Origin: a bacterium
GTDB taxonomy: Bacteria; Omnitrophota; Gorgyraeia; Zapsychrales; Zapsychraceae
Length of the DNA stretch: 64,000 nt
NCBI GenBank assembly: GCA_030429765.1
Contig: JAUIER010000002.1
Location: forward strand, 42,126 to 106,125
Direction of reading: 5' to 3'
Made by a program: the position numbers and the translations under genes. A model generated the notes under the pieces. The model was not told the DNA's origin and did no database searches. It saw nothing but the letters and a program-made list of their open reading frames with translations. Position 1 is the first letter of the stretch. Each line of letters begins with the position of its first letter. Shown piece after piece: positions 30,489-38,841 of the stretch.

Positions 30489-30621
30489 AAACGTAAAAAT
30501 ACTTTGTAGTTAACAATAAAAGACGGAGTAGTTTATCATCAATCGGTGAGCGAGTCAAACAGAACCCGGCTGGATTTGAACTGTAAGCTATTGTGATTAA
30601 ATACCTTGTATCGGGAGGGAC

Positions 30622-31056
30622 TTAGACTTCCTTGATACCAAAGCCAATTTCCGCTTCCGCGACCAGCTTGTCGCCGACGAAACATTGACCTTTCAGAAAA
30701 CCGACCTTGGCCATTAATTTGACCGTCGTAACCTCAATCCGCAGCTGATCACCCGGGACCACCGGTGCGATAAATTTAGATTGGACCTTGGCCAGATAGT
30801 AGATCAAATCCTTACCCTGCATATTTTTACTATAGTAAAAATAAATGCAACCGGCCTGGGCCATCGCCTCAATAATCAGCACGCCCGGCATAACCTTCTC
30901 ACCGGGAAAATGACCGTCAAAAAATTCTTCATTGATACTGACATTCTTGATGGCGGTCAATTTTTCATTGGGAACTAATTCTGTCACGCGGTCGATCAAC
31001 AAAAAAGGATAACGATGGGGAATAATTTTCTGAATCTCACGTATATCAAGTTGCAT
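30622..31056 (-). CDS. fabZ: 3-hydroxyacyl-ACP dehydratase
   Basis: Hot-dog fold, ...LLIDRV...HFPG.P.MPGVLIIEAMAQ. Confidence 0.9.
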   Translation of the reverse strand: MQLDIREIQKIIPHRYPFLLIDRVTELVPNEKLTAIKNVSINEEFFDGHFPGEKVMPGVLIIEAMAQAGCIYFYYSKNMQGKDLIYYLAKVQSKFIAPVVPGDQLRIEVTTVKLMAKVGFLKGQCFVGDKLVAEAEIGFGIKEV

Positions 31057-31099
31057 AACTCTTCCTTTCTTCTGAAATTAACTGTTGAAACCGAATGCC

Positions 31100-31690
31100 T
31101 TAACGCGATTGCAGTTGCTTTTCAACATAACGCGCCAGCAGATCCACCTCAAGATTAACCGACTGTCCGATCTCAAGAATACCCAGATTGGTGTCACGTT
31201 CGGTGACGGGAATCAAATAAACCGAAAATTCTGTTTCACTGACTTCGCCCACCGTCAGACTGACTCCGTTTATCGTGATCGAACCTTTGGGCACCACAAA
31301 ACGCGCAATCGAATCTGATAGACTGAACTTAAGCTTGAGGTAGTTCTCCTCAGTGACTCGGTCGGTTAACGTCGCCACACAATCCACATGCCCCGAAACC
31401 AGATGACCGTCTATCCGGTCAGACAATTGCAGCGCACGCTCCAAATTAACCCGCTGTCCGACGCTGTATCGTCCCAGGACGGTCTTATCGAGTGTTTCCA
31501 ACATGACATCGAAATACAGCACATCTTCCTGCTGACGACAAACTGTCAGACACGCCCCGTCGACACAAATACTACTACCGAGCTTCGCTCCCTCGGCTAT
31601 TTTCTCCGATCGGATCGCCAACTCAACGAGATTTTTCTTCTGGACGACCTGATGAATGGTCCCGAGATCTTCAACGATTCCTGTAAACAT
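31100..31690 (-). CDS. ribE: Riboflavin synthase (alpha chain)
   Basis: MFTGIVE... with duplicated lumazine-binding halves. The ATG at 31690 was verified and overlaps ribD by 20 nt. Confidence 0.88.
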   Translation of the reverse strand: MFTGIVEDLGTIHQVVQKKNLVELAIRSEKIAEGAKLGSSICVDGACLTVCRQQEDVLYFDVMLETLDKTVLGRYSVGQRVNLERALQLSDRIDGHLVSGHVDCVATLTDRVTEENYLKLKFSLSDSIARFVVPKGSITINGVSLTVGEVSETEFSVYLIPVTERDTNLGILEIGQSVNLEVDLLARYVEKQLQSR

Positions 31691-32348
31691 TTGCCAGTAC
31701 CAAAATGTCCCCACCTAACGTGCGAACGGATTTAATGTCTAAATTTGTCAGACGATCCATACTCAAGACACGATTTCCCTGTACCGAACTCAAGGCCGTC
31801 TGATCCCCCATCACTTTCGGGGCCATGTAAATATGCATTTGATCGATGAGATTCCATCGCAGCGCCGAACCTGTAATCGTCGCGCCCCCCTCAATCAGCA
31901 GGCGCCGAACTCCCATCTCATAGAGCGCATTCATCATATATTTCAAATCGACCCGGCGATTCTTTTGAGGACACAGAATCACGGAGACACCCATCGCCGT
32001 AAGTCTATTTCGACGGCGCTCCGATGAGCGACGTGTCGTTGCCACAACCACGTGTTCTGTTTGTGCCCGTTTTAACACATTACTGCTGAAGGGCAAGGTC
32101 AAGGTGGAATCAACCACGATACGGATTAACGATTTGTTCTTGACGCCTGTTAGTCGCGGATTATCCCGAAGTGCGGTCCGTGCACCTACCAGGATCGCGT
32201 CAAATTCGTCCCGCTGTCGGCGGGCATAATCCCTGGCCTTTTGCGAAGTGATCCATTTGGATTTCCCGTTGGATGTGGCTGTCTTGCCGTCGAGGGTTTG
32301 CGCAATCTTGGCAACAACCTTCGGCCGGTGATATTTATCGGATGGCAT
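31671..32348 (-). CDS. ribD: 5-amino-6-(5-phosphoribosylamino)uracil reductase. Only the RibD C-terminal domain is present; there is no deaminase domain.
   Basis: 225 aa. ...LDGKTATSNGKSKWITS...ILVGARTALRDNPRLT... aligns to the reductase half of RibD. No CMP/dCMP-deaminase HAE...PC..C motif. Confidence 0.85.
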   Translation of the reverse strand: MPSDKYHRPKVVAKIAQTLDGKTATSNGKSKWITSQKARDYARRQRDEFDAILVGARTALRDNPRLTGVKNKSLIRIVVDSTLTLPFSSNVLKRAQTEHVVVATTRRSSERRRNRLTAMGVSVILCPQKNRRVDLKYMMNALYEMGVRRLLIEGGATITGSALRWNLIDQMHIYMAPKVMGDQTALSSVQGNRVLSMDRLTNLDIKSVRTLGGDILVLANVYRNR

Positions 32349-33165
32349 CGGAACGCTCCTTTAATTGCTCAACGACTTCATAAGGAACTGTCATCTTGCC
32401 TAAATAGGTATTCTTCTTGGCCTCACCATGATCGTCCGATCCACCCGTCGCTATCAAATTGTATTTGGCCGCCAGCTTGGCGTAATACGCGATCGTCTTG
32501 GTGCCGCAATTCGGATAGTGCGCCTCCAACCCTTCCAGGCCGGCTTCGGCGAACTGCGGAATCAGTTCATCCACCAACGTAAACATCGGATGGGCCAACA
32601 CAGGTACTCCACCGCAGGATCGTATCAATTCAATCCCTTCAAACGGGGACAGCTTGGCCTTGGGTACAAAGGCCGGTTGCCCGTCAGCGAGATATCGATC
32701 AAAGGCCTGACGAATATTTCGGACATGTCCATACTTCACCAAGATCGTGGCCAGATGCGGCCGGCCAATCGCGTCACCCTCTGTAAGTTCCGCCACCTCT
32801 TCAAAGGTGATGGGCCCGACTCCTAACTCGGCCAGTTTATCAATCATATCACGCATCCGTTCAACACGCGAGGCCTGAATCGTTTGCAGCTTTCTTAAAA
32901 AATGCTGGTTGGAAATATCAAGGAAATAGCCCAGGATGTGCACATCTTTATTATTGATTTGAGTGGAAAGTTCAATACCCGGAATGACCTCTACGTCCAG
33001 CTCCTGACCGGCATGAATGGCTGGTTCAACACCGTCGACGATGTCATGATCAGTGATGGCCACGCACTGAATACCATGCGCATGCGCCTTTTCAATGACT
33101 TCCCGCGGCGTTGAGGTGCTGTCTGAAAAATGAGTGTGGATGTGAAGATCGGCTATTTTAGCCAT
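32335..33165 (-). CDS. PHP-domain metal-dependent phosphoesterase (TrpH/YciV-like) embedded in the riboflavin operon
   Basis: MAKIADLHIHTHFSDS...VAITDHD... carries the PHP His/Asp motifs. The ATG at 33165 overlaps the nusB stop by 8 nt, and the 3' end overlaps the ribD start by 14 nt. Confidence 0.8.
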   Translation of the reverse strand: MAKIADLHIHTHFSDSTSTPREVIEKAHAHGIQCVAITDHDIVDGVEPAIHAGQELDVEVIPGIELSTQINNKDVHILGYFLDISNQHFLRKLQTIQASRVERMRDMIDKLAELGVGPITFEEVAELTEGDAIGRPHLATILVKYGHVRNIRQAFDRYLADGQPAFVPKAKLSPFEGIELIRSCGGVPVLAHPMFTLVDELIPQFAEAGLEGLEAHYPNCGTKTIAYYAKLAAKYNLIATGGSDDHGEAKKNTYLGKMTVPYEVVEQLKERSDAIR

Positions 33166-33589
33166 CACTGGAAATATTCGGGAGTACTTCTGTCTTGTGG
33201 ATTTTGTCGAGAATGCCGTTCACGAACTTACTGGACTCGGTGTCGCCGAACTTTTTGGCGAGCTCCACCGCCTCGTTGATGGACACCTTCGGTGGAATAT
33301 CTTCGGCATAGACCAGCTCATAAACACCCATCCGCAAGATGTTCCGATCGATAATCGCCATTCGCTTTAACTGCCAATTGGTGGCGTAATTCGAGATCTT
33401 GCCGTCAATTTCTTCTAGATTCTGATCGACACCCTCAATAATTCGCCCGGCAAACATCCGGACCGTCTTGTCGTATTTCTCTTTCTGCGTCCAGTAATAA
33501 TCATTGGCGGATTCTATAGATCGCCGCGTGATTTCGGCCTGATATAAAATTTTTAGAGCCTCTTCTCTGGCTTTCGTTCTCTTACGCAT
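33158..33589 (-). CDS. nusB: Transcription antitermination factor NusB
   Basis: 143-aa all-helical NusB fold. Classic ribH-nusB pairing. Confidence 0.9.
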   Translation of the reverse strand: MRKRTKAREEALKILYQAEITRRSIESANDYYWTQKEKYDKTVRMFAGRIIEGVDQNLEEIDGKISNYATNWQLKRMAIIDRNILRMGVYELVYAEDIPPKVSINEAVELAKKFGDTESSKFVNGILDKIHKTEVLPNISSDG

Positions 33590-33624
33590 CGGATGTCTTT
33601 CCTTTTTAGCTAGTCAATGAACCT

Positions 33625-34092
33625 TTATAGTTTCGACAAAACATTTGCCATTTCAACCGCTACCTGGGCGGCGTCACGTCCCTTGTTGTTGCCTTCGGCC
33701 TCGGCCCGATCCTGAGCCAATTTGACTGTGGGCGTGGCCAATATTTCAAACACAACCGGCTTACCTGTATCGAGCGATGCCTTCATGATCCCCGCGGCGG
33801 CGTTGTCGGCCACTAACCGGTAGTGATCCGTTTCTCCAAGTATAACAGCTCCCAGGCAGATTACCGCATCGACGGTCTTTTTTTTTGCCAATTTCTGGGC
33901 CACGACCGGAATCTCAAAGGCCCCGGGGACAGAGACAACAGTCAGGTCCTTCTTCAGGACCCCTAATCGTCCTAATTCATCCAGGCAGGCGTCCCGCAAT
34001 CGACCGGTTATGCCCTCGTTGAAACGGGCGACAATAACGGCAATTTTAAGACCTTTTCCTGTTTTCGACTGACCTGAGATGATTTTTGTCAT
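33625..34092 (-). CDS. ribH: 6,7-dimethyl-8-ribityllumazine synthase
   Basis: 155 aa, ...IAVIVARFNE...GAFEIP.... Confidence 0.92.
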   Translation of the reverse strand: MTKIISGQSKTGKGLKIAVIVARFNEGITGRLRDACLDELGRLGVLKKDLTVVSVPGAFEIPVVAQKLAKKKTVDAVICLGAVILGETDHYRLVADNAAAGIMKASLDTGKPVVFEILATPTVKLAQDRAEAEGNNKGRDAAQVAVEMANVLSKL

Positions 34093-34165
34093 AATGCAAA
34101 AAGCCCGGAAAACAGGATATCAACGTAAGATATCCCGGATTCCGGACTGTAAGTTTAGATTTTGG

Positions 34166-35311
34166 TTATACTTTCGACGTTTGAGATTTACCCAACGGCA
34201 CACGCTCAATCATCGATAGGCCGAATCCCTCAAGCCCGACAATCTTCCGCGGGTTATTGGTCAGCAAACGGATATCCTTGACCCCTAAATCGACCAAGAT
34301 CTGCGCGCCAAGTCCGTAGTGACGAAGATCCGGCAATAACGGTAATTGGTCGGCATCCTGACTGGCGGCCTTGGCCTTCTGAACCTGCGCCACCTGGGCC
34401 TCGATATCAAATGTCCGTTGCGGCGTTCGCATGTAGATAATGACCCCTGAGCCATTTTCCTGAACGGCCTTGAACGCGGCCTGCAGTGCCCCGCTGCTCT
34501 TTAGCCCCTGCGCCTGGAATACGTCATTCAGCAGGTTCTCGGCATGGACCCGAACCAACGTCGGCTCTTTGTCAGATACTTCACCCAAAACCAGGGCAAT
34601 GTGCTCCAACTCGTCAACTTCCGAAAAATATTTAATGACTTTGAATTCACCGTACTGGGTGGAAAGCGTGCTTTCGTCGCCGCGCTCGACGAGCTTCTGG
34701 TACTTGGTGAGATGCTCGATAAGACTGTCGATCGTGCAGATTTTGATCCCGTGCCGCTTGGAAAACTCGATCAGGTCATTCGTGCGGGCCATCGTTCCGT
34801 CTTCGTTCATGATCTCGCAGATCACACCGGCTGGATAAAGTCCGGCCAGGCGTGTCAAGTCGACCGACGCCTCTGTATGTCCGGCCCGGACCAGAACCCC
34901 GCCCTTTTGCGCGCGAAGCGGGAACAAATGTCCAGGTGTGATAATATCCGTCGGTTTGGCCTCAGGATCAATCAGCAGTTTGACGGTGTAGGAGCGGTCC
35001 GCCGCCGAGATACCCGTGGTGATCCCCTTGGCTGCGTCGACCGAGATCGCCCAACCTGTGTCACACTTTTGATGCTTGCGGCTGTGGTCAATCTTCATCG
35101 GGTGCAAATCCAGTTCGTCCAAACGATCGGCCTCCATTGGCACACATACCAACCCGCGTGCTTCCTTGGCCATAAAGTTAATCAGATCCGGTGTGACAAA
35201 TTCGGCGGCACACAGCAAATCGCCTTCATTTTCACGCCCTTCGTCATCCATCACAATGATGAGTTTACCCTGCTTTAAATCCTCAAGAACTTCTTCGATC
35301 GTATTGAACAT
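34166..35311 (-). CDS. ribBA: 3,4-dihydroxy-2-butanone-4-phosphate synthase (RibB) fused to a degenerate GTP cyclohydrolase II-like domain
   Basis: The N-terminal half has RENEGDL, GHTEA and CEI (RibB). The C-terminal half aligns to RibA (LLTNNPRKIVGLEGFGLSMIERVPL). However the three Zn-ligand cysteines are replaced (HSECLTGD to HAENLLND; CDCG to GLKSSG), and the EGRGIG loop is not conserved. Confidence 0.85.
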   Translation of the reverse strand: MFNTIEEVLEDLKQGKLIIVMDDEGRENEGDLLCAAEFVTPDLINFMAKEARGLVCVPMEADRLDELDLHPMKIDHSRKHQKCDTGWAISVDAAKGITTGISAADRSYTVKLLIDPEAKPTDIITPGHLFPLRAQKGGVLVRAGHTEASVDLTRLAGLYPAGVICEIMNEDGTMARTNDLIEFSKRHGIKICTIDSLIEHLTKYQKLVERGDESTLSTQYGEFKVIKYFSEVDELEHIALVLGEVSDKEPTLVRVHAENLLNDVFQAQGLKSSGALQAAFKAVQENGSGVIIYMRTPQRTFDIEAQVAQVQKAKAASQDADQLPLLPDLRHYGLGAQILVDLGVKDIRLLTNNPRKIVGLEGFGLSMIERVPLGKSQTSKV

Positions 35312-35438
35312 TTTGACTTCGCCTCTTTTGATTAATTGGTGTTGAATGAAATCGTCAGGATTTGCCCCAAAAATTTCTATATATAGTAATATTTATAACG
35401 GTTTAGAAGAAATGGTACTATATTCGAAATGATTAGGC

Positions 35439-35467
35439 TTGTCAAGAATTTTGTCTTGGCCTATAAT
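35439..35467 (+). promoter_or_regulatory. Sigma-70-type promoter TTGTCA, 17 nt spacer, TATAAT, giving a near-leaderless transcript for the plus-strand membrane cassette
   Basis: TTGTCA at 35439-44 and TATAAT at 35462-67. The ATG at 35479 is only about 5 nt after the predicted TSS and has no RBS. Confidence 0.5.
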
Positions 35468-35478
35468 GAAACCAACTT

Positions 35479-36225
35479 ATGACACGAACCGCACCCCCTC
35501 AAAAGACTGAAAACCACTGCCAATACTATGTTTACGTCGCTGTTGGCGCATTGATTTTTGTCATAAGCTCCATTTTTGTTGTCCATTTTCAAGGCTTGAG
35601 TCCCCTCGACTTTGGACGATACCTGATGCATGCCTCCGACGATACCCATCACAATATCATCTTCTACCGGAAACTCCCACAGATTTCACTGAACGAACTG
35701 ATTTACCTGGGTTGGTTCCTGGGGGCTGCTGTGATTTTCGCAGGCTCGCGTCTATTGGCCGGCGTATCGTCGACTAAGACTCGAAGTTTGTCGATCTACC
35801 GCTCACTCGGATTGAGCTTATTGGGGATATTCCTCGTCATTCTCACTGGACAGCTCAGCGGACTGTCCAAGAAATGGAGCTATTACCTCGACAATTACAC
35901 GGTTAAATCAGAAGCCGAACGACTAAAGCTCACCTCCATCCGTCAGTCGTTGGAGATGGCGGAATTTTGCAAGCAGCTCCTGCCGGGCCCACATAAAGCC
36001 GATTTTGTCACCGATATGGACATGGACCATGGACCGAATATGCTATTGCATCGTAGCCTGGCTTTTCATCTGTATCCCATCGATATCCGTGATGTTCGCC
36101 AGCAGCGATCCGACAGTTGGATCGCGTTCAACAAGGCAAATGCCCGTGCACACATCCCGGAAGGATTCGAGCTGCTGGGCGCCCTGAATGACGAAAATGT
36201 AATAGCCGTCAGGATGAAACCATGA
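35479..36225 (+). CDS. 3-TM membrane protein with conserved C-terminal soluble domain (paralog A of a duplicated module)
   Basis: Paralogous to 38124..38837. Shared motifs include ...F(V/I)(T/S)DMD(M/I)..P(N/Y)ML(L/M)HR..A..LYPIDIR.V.... ATGA overlap with the next gene. Confidence 0.55.
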   Translation: MTRTAPPQKTENHCQYYVYVAVGALIFVISSIFVVHFQGLSPLDFGRYLMHASDDTHHNIIFYRKLPQISLNELIYLGWFLGAAVIFAGSRLLAGVSSTKTRSLSIYRSLGLSLLGIFLVILTGQLSGLSKKWSYYLDNYTVKSEAERLKLTSIRQSLEMAEFCKQLLPGPHKADFVTDMDMDHGPNMLLHRSLAFHLYPIDIRDVRQQRSDSWIAFNKANARAHIPEGFELLGALNDENVIAVRMKP

Positions 36226-37598
36226 CATTTGCAACCGCATGTGCATCTCTGCTATTGCCCATCACGCTTGGTGCCGTGTTGATACGCATCACAACTCGAA
36301 ACGATCCAATCCCCAAGCCATTGGCCGTGGCTTTAGGTTATGGACTTGGGACAGGCATCTTGACCCACTGGATGGTGATCGCCAATTTTACCGGAATGCC
36401 CCTTTCAGCCCCGGTAATAAACATCCCTCTCGGCATTGCGCTCGTCATCGGAATTGTTAGCCTGCTGCGCCAGTCACGCTCGGTCCGCCGGCTTCAACCA
36501 AATCGCGAACCGCCGGATATGATATCCATCGTGTGCGGATTGGTCATCCTCTTTGTCACCCATTTCATCTTATGGCGGGCCCTGAATTTTCCGATCTTCG
36601 CGTGGGACACTTTTTCTACAATGGGCCTCAAAGGCAAATCCATTTACTACGATCAAACCATCCGAAATCTGGCCTTTATCCCAAAGTTTGATTACCCAAT
36701 TCATATTCCGCTCTTAACGGCATGGATATCCTTCTGCATGGGCGAATGGAATAATACACTCAAAATCTTGTTCCCCTTGCCATGTTTCTTCTATCTGGTC
36801 ATTCAATACTACTTCCTGCGGGAATTCGCGGCCCGTCGCTGGGCGTTACTGAGCGTGGTGTTCCTGCTGTCCTGTAATTTCCTCATATACCATGCGACAA
36901 TTACCTATCGGGATATTCATATGATGTACTTTAATTGCTCAACGCTGCTGCTGATTGCATGGTGGTATCGGCGTCAATCCGGCGCGTGGTTGTTGTTATC
37001 TGCCGTCTTTGCCGGGCTGACCTCATTTATCAAGCTCGAAGGTTTTGGCTACATGGTTCTATACAACCTCCTGATGACCGTCTTGATTTGGTACAGGAAT
37101 GCTGAATCGGCCCGGGCCAAAATAATGAAGAATCTTGAATTTGCGCTTATCAGCGGCGGCATATACGCCATCTATCTGATCTATCGCATCTTTCACATCC
37201 TGCCCTATGCGGCCGGTCGCGACGAAGTACATGCCGAACACTTTTACATCAACAAGATTAATCTGGCGACGGGAGCCGAATTGTTGGAACGAATGGGAGT
37301 GGTTTTGATGCGCTACATCGAAAACTTTTTTATGAGCGGCAACTGGAACGTAATTCCGATCCTTTTTGTTTTAAGTCTATGGCAGATTTTTTTCAGCCGA
37401 AACCGCCATGTTGGCGTGGTGATGTTATTGTTTCTGGGATTGTTTTTTGGAATGTACTTTGTCACATTTTCGGCGACACAACATTACGTCTGGGTGGCCA
37501 AACAACATCATGTGCTATCCCGCTCAATATTGCATGTATTTCCCATTTTGGTCACCCTAACCATCCTGTTAAACGCGGATGATCACTCTAAAACCTAA
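36222..37598 (+). CDS. Polytopic (about 11-13 TM) membrane protein, GT-C-like glycosyltransferase candidate (paralog A)
   Basis: Paralogous to 38842..40239: ALGYG(L/M)GTGILT, a W-D/aromatic-rich loop F(A/T)WD(T/A)(F/Y)S..G(L/F)K(G/A)K, YH(A/S)TI(T/S)YRDI, and FF(M/S)SGNW(N/S)VI. Family assignment is an inference. Confidence 0.55.
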   Translation: MTFATACASLLLPITLGAVLIRITTRNDPIPKPLAVALGYGLGTGILTHWMVIANFTGMPLSAPVINIPLGIALVIGIVSLLRQSRSVRRLQPNREPPDMISIVCGLVILFVTHFILWRALNFPIFAWDTFSTMGLKGKSIYYDQTIRNLAFIPKFDYPIHIPLLTAWISFCMGEWNNTLKILFPLPCFFYLVIQYYFLREFAARRWALLSVVFLLSCNFLIYHATITYRDIHMMYFNCSTLLLIAWWYRRQSGAWLLLSAVFAGLTSFIKLEGFGYMVLYNLLMTVLIWYRNAESARAKIMKNLEFALISGGIYAIYLIYRIFHILPYAAGRDEVHAEHFYINKINLATGAELLERMGVVLMRYIENFFMSGNWNVIPILFVLSLWQIFFSRNRHVGVVMLLFLGLFFGMYFVTFSATQHYVWVAKQHHVLSRSILHVFPILVTLTILLNADDHSKT

Positions 37599-37651
37599 AA
37601 GCTTGATTGGAATAACCTTGTCTGGCCCAAGAAAACCAATATAATAGCAAT

Positions 37652-38119
37652 ATGCGTATTGAAGAAAAATTATTTCAGGCCCTGAAAGAATCGTCCAAGA
37701 CATTGGCCCTGGCGGAATCATGCACGGGAGGATTGATCGGTCATCGGATCACCAACTTGCCGGGAAGCTCCGATTTTTTTATGGGATCAGCCGTCTGCTA
37801 TTCAAATGAGGCCAAAACACGATTGATCGGCGTACCCGAGGCCACACTAAAAAAACACGGCGCCGTCAGCACAGAAGTGGCGATCGCCATGGCCAAAGGC
37901 GCCCGAAAAAAATTTCGCGCAGATTTTGCTTTGGGGATTACGGGCATTGCGGGACCCGCTGGCGGGACGGTCAAAAAACCGGTAGGACTTGTCTACATCG
38001 CCGCCGCCTCTCACAATGAATGTATCTGCCTTCAATATGAATTCACAGGCGATCGAACATCAATCAAAAAGCAAGCCAGTACGAAGGCGCTGCATTTGTT
38101 GACGGAATTTATATATTAA
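37652..38119 (+). CDS. pncC: CinA C-terminal domain protein / nicotinamide-nucleotide amidohydrolase PncC-like
   Basis: LALAESCTGGLI...GITGIAGPAGG... is the CinA signature. Confidence 0.85.
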   Translation: MRIEEKLFQALKESSKTLALAESCTGGLIGHRITNLPGSSDFFMGSAVCYSNEAKTRLIGVPEATLKKHGAVSTEVAIAMAKGARKKFRADFALGITGIAGPAGGTVKKPVGLVYIAAASHNECICLQYEFTGDRTSIKKQASTKALHLLTEFIY

Positions 38120-38123
38120 AACC

Positions 38124-38837
38124 ATGAATAGCGCACGCAATATCACTATCTTCTGCATTCTGTCTGTCGTGATCGGCATGGTGATTGCGCCCTATATCAT
38201 GCCGACCGGTGATATCAAAAACCCCCTCCTCTTATTCGGCGAATTCGCGCGTAACGGTTATTACTTTAATCATAATTATGTGAATCCCGCCGTCGTTCAC
38301 AAAGTCAGCTTCCAGAAATACCTGTACTTCCTGTTTTTTATCGGAGTGATATTGTTTCTTTGCCTCAATATTATCCTGCGCCGTCGAGTCTTTAACGCCT
38401 ACCGTACTATGCTCCATCTCGGCATTATCCTGTTTATCCTAACCAGTATGGTTCAAATTTTTAATTTCTATGCATATTATTTGAGTGAACGCGATGCCTT
38501 TTATGGTCGATCCCTTCTTGAAAGCAATCTTGAGATCAACCGTACACCGCATAAACGTCTGACATTCGAATACAGCCTATTCTGTCATCAACACATTAAA
38601 GGTCCAGCCCGGGCGAAGTTCATCTCTGATATGGATATCAACCGGGATCCTTACATGTTAATGCACCGGATGATGGCCTATTACCTGTATCCGATTGATA
38701 TCCGACATGTTCATCCCGGTGAACCGGAATATCTTCTGTTTTTCTTAAAAAAAGACCCGGAGCAAGCTGTGCCCGCTGACTATGAAATCATTGCCCGGCA
38801 AGGCACAAACTTTTTAATCGCCCGGAAAAAGCAATAA
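38124..38837 (+). CDS. 3-TM membrane protein, paralog B of 35479..36225
   Basis: Same architecture and shared C-terminal motifs (KFISDMDINRDPYMLMHRMMAYYLYPIDIRHV). Confidence 0.55.
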   Translation: MNSARNITIFCILSVVIGMVIAPYIMPTGDIKNPLLLFGEFARNGYYFNHNYVNPAVVHKVSFQKYLYFLFFIGVILFLCLNIILRRRVFNAYRTMLHLGIILFILTSMVQIFNFYAYYLSERDAFYGRSLLESNLEINRTPHKRLTFEYSLFCHQHIKGPARAKFISDMDINRDPYMLMHRMMAYYLYPIDIRHVHPGEPEYLLFFLKKDPEQAVPADYEIIARQGTNFLIARKKQ

Positions 38838-38841
38838 ATCT

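Noticed and set aside
35312-35478. Possible FMN riboswitch upstream of ribBA
   Set aside because: The 167-nt leader is AT-rich and lacks the conserved RFN-element segments (GGAUG...CCGAC, GGG/CCC pairing core). Instead it holds a divergent sigma-70 promoter for the plus-strand cassette.
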